A program made the position numbers and the translations under genes. Below are positions 20,829 through 29,157 of a stretch of DNA of 64,000 bases, piece after piece; the first letter of the stretch is position 1, and every line of letters begins with the position of its first letter. The notes beneath the pieces are model-generated. The model searched no databases, was not told the DNA's origin, and saw only the letters and a program-made list of their open reading frames with translations. The DNA comes from an uncultured Actinomycetes bacterium (GTDB lineage: Bacteria > Actinomycetota > Thermoleophilia > Gaiellales > JAICJC01): contig CAVXEE010000004.1 of the NCBI GenBank assembly GCA_963760755.1, positions 627,235-691,234 on the forward strand, written 5' to 3'.

Positions 20829-20944
20829 TTAAAAGGATTCGCCGCCGTGGCGTGCCTTTCGTCCCCCGGTCGAACGGACTTTCGAGTCGCCTCTACGGCC
20901 CATCCGCCCGGCTTCGACCTACTCGGCTGCCCTCGGCGGCGCAC
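20829..20944 (-). ncRNA. Candidate structured small RNA (family not recognised)
   Basis: Starts just after the promoter at 20950-20978; rod fold CGCCGCCG/CGGCGGCG, GGTCGAA/TTCGACC, CGGGC/GTCCG; ends AATCCTTTT. Confidence 0.55.
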
Positions 20945-20949
20945 GGGGG

Positions 20950-20978
20950 ACATTACGGACGTCCGCGCCCGCCTGCAA
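20950..20978 (-). promoter_or_regulatory. sigma-A-type promoter
   Basis: TTGCAG-17 nt-TAATGT. Confidence 0.65.
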
Positions 20979-21090
20979 CCAGCGAATTGCCGCACTTTGC
21001 GGGGTCGTGCTCAGGGCCGAATCCGGTTTGTTCGCAAACTGCGATCTCGCCGAGCCGCATGATCCTGTGGCTGCGCCCCGCGGAGCGCGC

Positions 21091-21469
21091 TCAGAGGTAG
21101 GGCCGGGCGCGGTCGAGCACCGCGTGGTCGAGCGAGTAGGTAAGAAGCCCGGCCGCGCCGTCGGGGTCGAGCCAGGCCACCTCGTCCACGTCGTCGGCCA
21201 GCTCGGCGGCGGCGCCCTCGGCCCGCATCACGTAGTAGTGCACGCTCTTCGGGGTGCCGTCGGAGTACCGCATAGCTCACCGTGCCCAGGTCGTGCTCGA
21301 TCACCGCCCGGTGGCCGGTCTCCTCGAGCACCTCGCGCACCGCCGCCGCGGCATCGTCCTCACCCAGTTCCAGCTTGCCCTTCGGCAGCGACCAGTCGCC
21401 GCGGCGGGGACGGTGCACGACCGCGATCTTGCCGTCCCGGCGCAGCACCCCGCCGGCCGCGCGGATCAC
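21091..21469 (-). pseudogene. NUDIX hydrolase with one frameshift near 21266 (pseudogene or sequencing error)
   Basis: IRAAGGVL, DWSLPKGKLE...REVLEETG Nudix box in one frame; DGTPKSVHYYVM...VDEVAWL in the next. Confidence 0.75.
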
Positions 21470-21924
21470 TGCCGCCGGGCCGCGCTCCGCCGAGACATCA
21501 TCGTCCCGCCCCAGAAGGCGAGGCCGACGCCGCCCACGAGAACGAGCACGATGCCGGAGAAGATCCAGATCACGCCGCGGGCCCCGCCGATCAGCGCCCC
21601 GGCGACGATCATCGCGATCCCGAGCACGCCGAACGCCTGGGTGCACACGAACGGACCCGGCAGGCCCGCCGGGGTCACCGGCTGCGACGCGTCGCCGAGA
21701 CGCGACGGGTTCGCCCGGTCGAGCCGGCGGCTGCGCTCGGCCAGCCCGATCACCACGGCGAAGAACGCGGCGAAGTAGATCAGCTGGGACCAGAACGAGC
21801 CGATGTAGTCGTCCATGTATGTGAAGACGACGATCAGGGCGACCGCGGCGACGGTGCCGACCACGGCGACACCGATCGAGGTCTGCCAGGCATAGACGTT
21901 GCGCTCGCTCGACGTCCCGCTCAT
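21466..21924 (-). CDS. Hypothetical membrane protein (4 predicted TM segments)
   Basis: Four hydrophobic stretches; TACGCT-7nt-ATG start; overlaps NUDIX start. Confidence 0.7.
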   Translation of the reverse strand: MSGTSSERNVYAWQTSIGVAVVGTVAAVALIVVFTYMDDYIGSFWSQLIYFAAFFAVVIGLAERSRRLDRANPSRLGDASQPVTPAGLPGPFVCTQAFGVLGIAMIVAGALIGGARGVIWIFSGIVLVLVGGVGLAFWGGTMMSRRSAARRQ

Positions 21925-21995
21925 CGGGCGTAGCGTACACGGGCGGCCGGGGGCGCCGCGGTCGCCGCGTCCGGCCGGGCTCTAAGCTGCGCGCG

Positions 21996-23285
21996 ATGGC
22001 GCGAGTCGTGATCCTCGGTGCCGGGTTCGCCGGCGCGTACGTCGCCCGGCTGCTCGGCAAGGGCCGCTGGGAGGGCCAGGTCACGCTCGTCGACCCGCGC
22101 AACTTCATGCTCTACACCCCGCTCCTGCCCGAGGCCGCATCCGGGACGGTGGAGCCTCGCCATGTGGTCGTGCCCGTGCGGGTCATGTGCCCGCGGGCGC
22201 GGCTCGTGCTCGGCCGGGCCGAGGCGGTCGACCTCGCCGCGCGCACCGTTGCCGTGCAGCCGCCCGAGGGCGGGCCGATGACGCTCGCGTTCGACACCCT
22301 CGTGGTCGCCCTGGGCGCCGTCTCGCGCACCGCCCCGATCCCCGGGCTGCTCGAGCACGCGGTCGGGTTCAAGAGTGTCGCCGAGGCGATCTACCTGCGA
22401 AACCACGTGCTCGGCCAGCTCGAGCTGGCCGCGACAGCGGCGGACGACGCCGAGCGCCGGCGCCGGCTCACGTTCGTGTTCGTCGGCGGCGGCTACGCGG
22501 GCGTCGAGGCGATGGCCGAGCTCGAGGACCTGTCCCGCGACGCATCCCGCTACTACCCCGAGCTGCGCGGCGTCCCGCGGCGCTGGCTGCTGGTCGACGC
22601 CGCCGACCACATCCTGCCCGAGCTCGGCGGCCACCTGGGGGCGTACGCCACCGGCCAGCTCGAGCGGCGCGGGTTCGAGCTGCACCTGGCATCCGGCCTG
22701 AGGACGGTGAGCGACCAGGGCGTCGAGCTCGCCGACGGCACCGCCGTGCCCGCCGCCACGGTCGTCTGGACCGCCGGCGTGCGCCCGCGGCCGCTCGCGG
22801 CCGCGCTCGGGCTCCCGCTCGACGAGCGTGGGCGCATCCCGGTCGACCAGCACCTGCGCGTGCCGGGCCACCCCGGCGTATGGGCGCTGGGCGACGTCGC
22901 CGCCGTGCCGAACGCGGCGACGCCCGACCGCTTCGACCCGCCGACGTGCCAGCACGCGCTGCGCCAGGCCCGCCGGCTCGCCCGCAACATGCTCGCCGAG
23001 CGCGGCGGCCGGCCGCTGCGGCCGTACCGCTACCGCATGCTCGGGCAGGTGGCGACGCTCGGACGGCACAAGGGCGTCGCCGAGCTCTTCGGCGTGATCC
23101 GGCTGCGCGGCTTCGCCGGCTGGTGGGTCACCCGCACGTACCACCTGTACCAGCTGCCCCTGCTCAGCCGCAAGCTGCGCGTCGTCAGCGACTGGACGGT
23201 CGGCCTGTTCTTCCGGCGAGACGTCGCCGAGCTGGGATCGCTGGGCGAGCCGGTGCCGCTCGACCCACCGCCGGCGCCGCGCTGA
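21996..23285 (+). CDS. Type II NADH dehydrogenase-like FAD-dependent oxidoreductase
   Basis: VVILGAGFAG, YTPLLPEAASG, VGGGYAGVE, VWTAGV, WALGDVAAVP, PPTCQHA. Confidence 0.9.
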   Translation: MARVVILGAGFAGAYVARLLGKGRWEGQVTLVDPRNFMLYTPLLPEAASGTVEPRHVVVPVRVMCPRARLVLGRAEAVDLAARTVAVQPPEGGPMTLAFDTLVVALGAVSRTAPIPGLLEHAVGFKSVAEAIYLRNHVLGQLELAATAADDAERRRRLTFVFVGGGYAGVEAMAELEDLSRDASRYYPELRGVPRRWLLVDAADHILPELGGHLGAYATGQLERRGFELHLASGLRTVSDQGVELADGTAVPAATVVWTAGVRPRPLAAALGLPLDERGRIPVDQHLRVPGHPGVWALGDVAAVPNAATPDRFDPPTCQHALRQARRLARNMLAERGGRPLRPYRYRMLGQVATLGRHKGVAELFGVIRLRGFAGWWVTRTYHLYQLPLLSRKLRVVSDWTVGLFFRRDVAELGSLGEPVPLDPPPAPR

Positions 23286-24141
23286 CCGCACGGCCGGTCG
23301 ACGCGGCAAGAACAGCGGCCAGGATGACGGCGACGCCCGCGATCTGCCAGGCAGAGGGCGACTCGCCCAGGATGATGGCGCCGAAGATGACGGTGGCAAC
23401 CGGCTGCAGCGTCAGCGTGATGGCCGTGAGCGCCGCCGGCAGCCGTGTGAGCGATGCCGTGATCAACAGCCACCCGAGCACCTGCGAGGTGAGCGCGAGC
23501 AGCACGAGCCACCCGGTCGCCCGCCATCCGGGGGTCAGGTCGAGGTCGCCGATCACCGCCCCGGCCAGGAGGCACACGACCGCGCAGGCCGCCGTGGCAT
23601 CGCACAGCGCCGCGGCCGGCCGGTGGTCGCGCCCACTCTGCCGCAGGAGCAGGATGTACCCGGTGTAGGCGACGCCCGTGAGGACGCCGTAGACGACCCC
23701 GGCCCCGGGCCGCGCGCCGTAGGCGGACGCGCCGACCACTCCCGAGATCAGGACGACGCCGGCCAGCACGGCCAGGCCGGCGAGCACCGTGCGCCGGGCG
23801 GGCCGCTCGCCCCACAGCACCCATGCCGCGAGCGCCACCATGACGACCTGCGTGTTCGAGAGCACGGTCGCCAGGCCCGCGCCGATCGCCTCGATCGAGT
23901 GGTTCCAGACGATCAGGTCGGCTGCGAGCCACACGCCTGCGACCGCTGCCAGCGCCCGCTCGCGCCCGTGCGGACCCGCCGCCGGAGCGCGCCGCCGCTC
24001 GGCGCGCGCGACGAGCGCGAGCACCGGCACGGCGTACAGGCAGCGGAAGAAGGCCCCCGTCGACGGCGACACGTGCGCCAGCCGGAACAGGATGGCCGAG
24101 AACGCGATCGCAAACGCCCCGGCCGCGGCCTCGACGGCCAC
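23185..24141 (-). CDS. DMT/EamA family transporter
   Basis: ~10 TM segments, AFSAILFR, GAGLATVLSNTQ, LQPVATVIFGAIILGE; start approximate. Confidence 0.82.
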   Translation of the reverse strand: MAVEAAAGAFAIAFSAILFRLAHVSPSTGAFFRCLYAVPVLALVARAERRRAPAAGPHGRERALAAVAGVWLAADLIVWNHSIEAIGAGLATVLSNTQVVMVALAAWVLWGERPARRTVLAGLAVLAGVVLISGVVGASAYGARPGAGVVYGVLTGVAYTGYILLLRQSGRDHRPAAALCDATAACAVVCLLAGAVIGDLDLTPGWRATGWLVLLALTSQVLGWLLITASLTRLPAALTAITLTLQPVATVIFGAIILGESPSAWQIAGVAVILAAVLAASTGRAVSAAPAVGRAAPARPAIPARRRLAGRTGRPSSR

Positions 24142-24164
24142 GACCGGACGGCGGTCGTCGAGCC

Positions 24165-25106
24165 CTATGCCGCTGCCGGCTGCAGCTCCGCGCACAGCTC
24201 GAGCGCCGCGTCGACGAACGCGAGCGCCGCCGGCGAGCGGTAGCGGTCGCTGTGCCAGGCAAGGGCGATCAGGCGCGGCGGCACGCGCTCGCCGAGCTCG
24301 ATCACCGCCACCCGGCTGTCCGCCTCGTTGACGGTCAGCCGCGGCACGAGCGCGATGCCCATGCCCGCGGCCACCATGGCCTGCAAGGTGGCGTTGTCGT
24401 CGGAGCGGAACGCCATCCGCGGCTCGACGCCGGCGGCCCGCAGCCGCTCCTCGACCTGCTGTCCGCCCAGGCACGTGCGGTAGCCGACGAGCGGCATCGC
24501 CCCGATCTCGCGCAGCGTCGGCGGCGTCGTCGCGCGGGCGAGCGGCGAGTCGGCCTGCGTCAGCAGGACGTAGGGGTCGCGCACGAGCTCGACCGTGGCG
24601 ATCGCCGCGCCGGGCACGGGCAGCATCACGAAGGCGAGGTCGAGGCCGCCGTGCTCGATCTCGGCCAGAAGACCCTCGTCCTCGGCCTCCTCGAGCCGGA
24701 TCTGCACCTGCGGCCACGCCTGGGTGTAGCGGCGCAGGAGCTCGGGCAGGATGCGCGCGCCGGCGCTCTGGAAGGCGCCCACCCGCAGCGTTCCGGCCTC
24801 ACCCGACTGGAGCGCCTCCATGTCGGCGCGGGCGGCCTGGAGCCGGGCGACGATCGCCTCGGCATGCCCCAGCAGCAGCCGACCGGCCTCCGTCAGCTCG
24901 ACCGGCCTGGGGCCGCCCGGGCGCTCGATCAGCCGCGGGCCGACCAGGCGCTCGAGCGTCGCGATCTGCTGGCTGACCGCCGACTGCGTGTACCCGAGCG
25001 CCGAGGCGGCCCGCCCGAACGAGCCGTGCTCGGCGATCGCCTCGAGCGCGGCGAGGTGCCGCAGCTCCACTCCCAGCCACTGATCAGATTCCATGATGGA
25101 AACCAC
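24165..25106 (-). CDS. LysR family transcriptional regulator
   Basis: LRHLAAL...GSFGRAASALGYTQSAVSQQIATLE HTH; VAAGMGIALVP. Confidence 0.93.
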   Translation of the reverse strand: MVSIMESDQWLGVELRHLAALEAIAEHGSFGRAASALGYTQSAVSQQIATLERLVGPRLIERPGGPRPVELTEAGRLLLGHAEAIVARLQAARADMEALQSGEAGTLRVGAFQSAGARILPELLRRYTQAWPQVQIRLEEAEDEGLLAEIEHGGLDLAFVMLPVPGAAIATVELVRDPYVLLTQADSPLARATTPPTLREIGAMPLVGYRTCLGGQQVEERLRAAGVEPRMAFRSDDNATLQAMVAAGMGIALVPRLTVNEADSRVAVIELGERVPPRLIALAWHSDRYRSPAALAFVDAALELCAELQPAAA

Positions 25107-25153
25107 CGTAATATCGATTTGAACTTATGGACGTGCGCGCCGATCATAGTCGT

Positions 25154-25285
25154 ATGGGACTCATCGTGATACTCATCCTGCTGGTGGTCGTCGGGCCGCT
25201 CGCGGTGCGCTTCGGGGTCGACTCGCGACCCGCCGGGGCACGCCCCGAGGCATGGTGGCCCGGCACGCCCCGGGCCCGCCGCTAA
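25154..25285 (+). CDS. Small membrane peptide, 43 aa (not in ORF track)
   Basis: MGLIVILILLVVVGPLAVRFGVDSRPAGARPEAWWPGTPRARR*; single TM helix, divergent from LysR. Confidence 0.65.
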   Translation: MGLIVILILLVVVGPLAVRFGVDSRPAGARPEAWWPGTPRARR

Positions 25286-25301
25286 CAGGGCTGCGCCGGC
25301 C

Positions 25302-26030
25302 TCAGGCCAGGCCGAGGTAGGCCTTGCGCACGCGCTCGTTCGTGCGCAGCGACACCGCGTCATCGGTGAGCGCGACGACGCCGGTCTCGAGCACGTAGCC
25401 GCGTTTCGCGATGTCGAGCGCCATCAGGGCGTTCTGCTCGACCAGGAGGATCGTCGTGCCCTGCTGGTTGATCTCGGTGATGATCTCGAAGATGCGCTCC
25501 ACGAGCACCGGGGCGAGCCCCATCGACGGCTCGTCGAGGAGCAGGAGCTTCGGCCGGGCCATGAGCGCGCGGCCCATGGCGCACATCTGCTGCTCGCCGC
25601 CCGACAGCGTGCCCGCCTTCTGCGCCCGGCGCTCTGCCAGGCGCGGGAAGAGCCCGAAGACGCGCTCGACGTCCTCGCGCACCCCGGACTTGTCGTTGCG
25701 CTGGAACGCGCCCATCTCGAGGTTCTCGAGCACGCTCATGCGCGCGAACAGGCGCCGCCCCTCGGGCGACTGGCTGATCCCCATGCGCACGATGTCGTGC
25801 GGCGCCTCGCCGACGATGTCGGTGCCGTTGAAGAGGATGCGGCCGCGCTTCGGCCGGTTGATGCCCTGGATCGAGCGCAGCGTCGTCGACTTGCCGGCGC
25901 CGTTGGCGCCGATCAGGGTGACGATCTCGCCCTCGCGCACCTCGAGCGAGATGCCCTTGATCGCCTGGATCGTCCCGTAATACGTGTGGACGTCCTCGAG
26001 CTTGAGGAGCGGGCCGCCGTTCGTGCTCAC
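25302..26030 (-). CDS. livF: Branched-chain amino acid ABC ATP-binding protein (LivF-like)
   Basis: GANGAGKST, PEGRRLF, LSGGEQQM, DEPSMGLAP, VEQNA. Confidence 0.9.
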   Translation of the reverse strand: MSTNGGPLLKLEDVHTYYGTIQAIKGISLEVREGEIVTLIGANGAGKSTTLRSIQGINRPKRGRILFNGTDIVGEAPHDIVRMGISQSPEGRRLFARMSVLENLEMGAFQRNDKSGVREDVERVFGLFPRLAERRAQKAGTLSGGEQQMCAMGRALMARPKLLLLDEPSMGLAPVLVERIFEIITEINQQGTTILLVEQNALMALDIAKRGYVLETGVVALTDDAVSLRTNERVRKAYLGLA

Positions 26031-26833
26031 GCGCCCGCCGATCCGCCGTCGCCGGCCGAGGTGGCGCCGCTGCCGAGGTAGGCCTCGATCACGCGCTCGT
26101 CGGACTGGATCTCCTGCGGGGTGCCCTCGGCGATCTTCTGGCCGTAGTCGAGCACCGTCACCCGCTCGGAGATGCCCATGACCACCTTCATGTCGTGCTC
26201 GATCAGGAGCACGGTCACGCCGCGCTCGTCCCGCACCTTGCTGACGAACGCCGTGAACTGCGCGGATTCCTGCGGGTTCATGCCCGCGGTCGGCTCGTCG
26301 AGGAGCAGCAGCTTCGGCTCGGTGCCGAGCGCGCGCGCGACCTCGAGCCGGCGCTGGTCGCCGTATGAGAGGTGCATGGCGTAGGAGTCGTCGGCCGACG
26401 TCGGCAGCTCGCAGTAGCGCAGGAGCTCGTGCGCGCGCTCGGCCGCAGCCCGCTCCTCGCGCTTCAGGCCCGGCGTGCGGAGAACCGAGCGCACGATGCC
26501 GCCCTTGATGCGGGAGTGCATCCCCACCAGCACGTTCTCGAGGCTCGTCATCGTCGGGAACAGGCGAATGTTCTGGAACGTCCGCCCCACGCCCAGATGC
26601 GTCACCGCGTGCGGCGGCAGGCCGGCGACGTCGTGGCCGTCGAACAGGATCTCGCCGCTCGTCGGTGTGTACACCCCGGTGAGCATGTTGAAGAAGGTGG
26701 TCTTCCCCGCGCCGTTCGGCCCGATCAGGCTCACGATCGACCGACGCGGCACGACGAAGTCGACATCGTTGCAGGCGACGAGGCCGCCGAACTCCTTGCG
26801 CACCGCGCGGGCTTCGAGGAGGTTGTCGGTCAC
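26027..26833 (-). CDS. livG: Branched-chain amino acid ABC ATP-binding protein (LivG-like)
   Basis: GPNGAGKTT, RTFQNIRLF, LSYGDQRRLE, DEPTAGMN, VIEAYLG. Confidence 0.9.
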   Translation of the reverse strand: MTDNLLEARAVRKEFGGLVACNDVDFVVPRRSIVSLIGPNGAGKTTFFNMLTGVYTPTSGEILFDGHDVAGLPPHAVTHLGVGRTFQNIRLFPTMTSLENVLVGMHSRIKGGIVRSVLRTPGLKREERAAAERAHELLRYCELPTSADDSYAMHLSYGDQRRLEVARALGTEPKLLLLDEPTAGMNPQESAQFTAFVSKVRDERGVTVLLIEHDMKVVMGISERVTVLDYGQKIAEGTPQEIQSDERVIEAYLGSGATSAGDGGSAGA

Positions 26834-28050
26834 TGCTGCTCGGTCTCGTAGAGCGACCCGCCGTCGATGCCGAGCTCGAGCTCCACGCGGCGGCGCTTGC
26901 CCGGGATCAGCCCCTCGGGGCGAACCAGCATCATCACCACGATGATCAGGCCGAAGATGCCGTAGGTGTACTGGGGGACGTTGAAGCTCGTGCCGGCGAT
27001 GTTGTTCACGTTGTTGCCGACCGCCTCGAGGCCCTGGTAGTTCAGGTACGAGAGCACCGCCCCGCCCAGGCAGACGCCCCAGACGTTGCCCATCCCGCCC
27101 AGGATGACCATGCAGAGCACGGTGATCGAGATGTTGAGCGAGAAGTCGCCCGGGAACGTCGAGCTCTTGTAGATGGCGTAGAAGCAGCCGGCGCCGCCGC
27201 CGAAGAACGCGCCGATCGCGTAGGCGAGCGTCTTCGTGCGCATCAGCGGGATGCCCATGGCCGAGGCGGCGATCTCGTCCTCGCGGATGGCGACCCACGC
27301 GCGGCCGAGGCGCGAGTCGCGCAGGCGGACGCAGCAGAAGAGCGTCACCAGCACGAGCGCGAGGCCGGTCCAGTAGTAGTAGCTGTTCGCGTTGGTCACC
27401 GTGTAGTAGGCGGCGGGCAGGAACGAGAATTGCCCGTGCAGGCCGTTCCCGAACCCGAGCGCGTCGATGGGCGTCAGGCCGTTGGGCCCGTTGGTGACGT
27501 TATGGCCGAACCAGCTGTCGCCGTTGTTGACCGCCTGGGGCACGATCTCGCCGAAGCCCAGCGTGACGATCGCGAGGTAGTCGCCGCGCAGCCGCAGCGT
27601 CGGCAGGCCGATGATGATCCCGAAGAGCGCGGCGAACACGGAGCCCGCCACGAGCAGCGCCCACACGTTGATGTGGAGCCCCGGAAGCGTCGCCGGCACT
27701 GCGACCGAGAAGATGTGCACGCTGTGGGGGGCGAACTGTTCGGTGGCGAACCAACCGGCGACGTAGGCGCCCGCGGCATAGAACGCGACGTAGCCGAGGT
27801 CGAGCAGCCCGCAATAGCCGACCACGACGTTCAGGCCGAGCGCCATGATCACGTAGACGGTCATGATCACCATCGTGCCGACCGTGGGCACGAGCTGCGC
27901 GGCGGTCGACGTCGTCCCGATGAGCGACGTGAGGGTGCTGTAGTAGCTCGGGTAGAAGATCAGGAGCACGAGCACGATCAACGGGAACAGCATCCGCTGC
28001 ACCCGGGGCGGGACGCGGGACCAGGGGCCGGCGAGGCCGAGGCGCTCCAT
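26830..28050 (-). CDS. livM: Branched-chain amino acid ABC permease (LivM-like)
   Basis: GLNVVVGYCGLLDLGY, LRGDYLAIVTLGFGE, GRAWVAIREDEIAA, VILGGMG. Confidence 0.9.
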   Translation of the reverse strand: MERLGLAGPWSRVPPRVQRMLFPLIVLVLLIFYPSYYSTLTSLIGTTSTAAQLVPTVGTMVIMTVYVIMALGLNVVVGYCGLLDLGYVAFYAAGAYVAGWFATEQFAPHSVHIFSVAVPATLPGLHINVWALLVAGSVFAALFGIIIGLPTLRLRGDYLAIVTLGFGEIVPQAVNNGDSWFGHNVTNGPNGLTPIDALGFGNGLHGQFSFLPAAYYTVTNANSYYYWTGLALVLVTLFCCVRLRDSRLGRAWVAIREDEIAASAMGIPLMRTKTLAYAIGAFFGGGAGCFYAIYKSSTFPGDFSLNISITVLCMVILGGMGNVWGVCLGGAVLSYLNYQGLEAVGNNVNNIAGTSFNVPQYTYGIFGLIIVVMMLVRPEGLIPGKRRRVELELGIDGGSLYETEQQ

Positions 28051-29129
28051 CACGCCCTGTCCGCCGTCGCCTCTCCGAGCAGGCCCTGCGGCCGGAACAC
28101 GAGCACCAGGATGAGGATCGCGAAGATGATCGACTCGGTCCAGTTCGACCCCGGCGTGTGCCACGAAAGGCCCTCGTTGAAGGCCTGGATGAGGCCGATC
28201 AACATCGCCCCCAGGACCGCACCGGTGAGGTTGCCGATGCCGCCGAGGACGGCGGCCGTGAACGCGAACAGGCCGATCTGGAAGCCGAGATCAAAGCGGG
28301 TCGAAGTCTGGAACATGACGAACAGCAGGCCGGCCGCCCCGGCGAGTGCGCCGCCCAGTGCGAACGTGAACGCGATGGTGCGGTCGACGTTGATGCCCAT
28401 CATGCGGCTCGCATCCATGTCCTGCGCGACGGCGCGCATCGCCTTGCCCGCCTTCGTGTTGCGCACGAGGTAGTTCAGCAGCAGCAGCACCGGGATGGTG
28501 ATCAGGACGACGATGAGCGACTTGGCCCGGTAGGGGAAGCCGCCCACCGAGAACAGCGTGTTGGCCGGGAAGATGCTTGCGCCGGTCGCGGTCAGCGGCC
28601 GCTCCGTGAAGCCCCAGATCGCCGCACCGACGTTCTGGAGCAGGAACGACATGCCGATGGCCGTGATGAGCGGCGCCAGCTTGGGCGCGTTCCGCAGCGG
28701 CCGGTAGGCGATCCGCTCGATGGCGACGTTGAGCGCGCCGCAGAACGCCATCGCGGCGAGCAGGGCGAGAAGGACGAACGGCACGGTGACATACCAGGAC
28801 TGGGTGCCGTCGAGGCCGAGCCAGCCGTTGGCGACCGTGATCGTGACCATCGTCCCGAGCATGAACACGTCGCCGTTCGCGAAGTTGATCAGCTCGATGA
28901 TGCCGTAGACCAGGGTGTAGCCGAGCGCGACCAGCCCGTACATCGCCCCGAGCGTGATCCCGAGCAGGAACACGCTGACCACCTGACTGGGCGAGTAGAG
29001 GATGTTGCCGATCACCCACACCCCGAACAGGCCCACAACCGCGGCGCCGGCCACGCGGTTGATCTGCTTGGAGAACCGGGGGAGCGCCGCCAGGGTCGGA
29101 CGCCGCGCCGTTGTGGCGCGAGTGGTCAC
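28050..29129 (-). CDS. livH: Branched-chain amino acid ABC permease (LivH-like)
   Basis: ALGYTLVYGIIELINFA, GKAMRAVAQD, AVLGGIG, RPQGLLG. Confidence 0.9.
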   Translation of the reverse strand: MTTRATTARRPTLAALPRFSKQINRVAGAAVVGLFGVWVIGNILYSPSQVVSVFLLGITLGAMYGLVALGYTLVYGIIELINFANGDVFMLGTMVTITVANGWLGLDGTQSWYVTVPFVLLALLAAMAFCGALNVAIERIAYRPLRNAPKLAPLITAIGMSFLLQNVGAAIWGFTERPLTATGASIFPANTLFSVGGFPYRAKSLIVVLITIPVLLLLNYLVRNTKAGKAMRAVAQDMDASRMMGINVDRTIAFTFALGGALAGAAGLLFVMFQTSTRFDLGFQIGLFAFTAAVLGGIGNLTGAVLGAMLIGLIQAFNEGLSWHTPGSNWTESIIFAILILVLVFRPQGLLGEATADRA

Positions 29130-29157
29130 CTGGGACGCTCCCCCGTTGCCTCCATGT

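Noticed and set aside
20771-20880. c-di-AMP (ydaO) riboswitch or hammerhead ribozyme
   Set aside because: Only fragments resemble them (CGGGGGAC...GCGAATCC; GGACGAAA). The other ydaO core elements and the hammerhead CUGANGA are absent, so it is kept as an unassigned RNA candidate.
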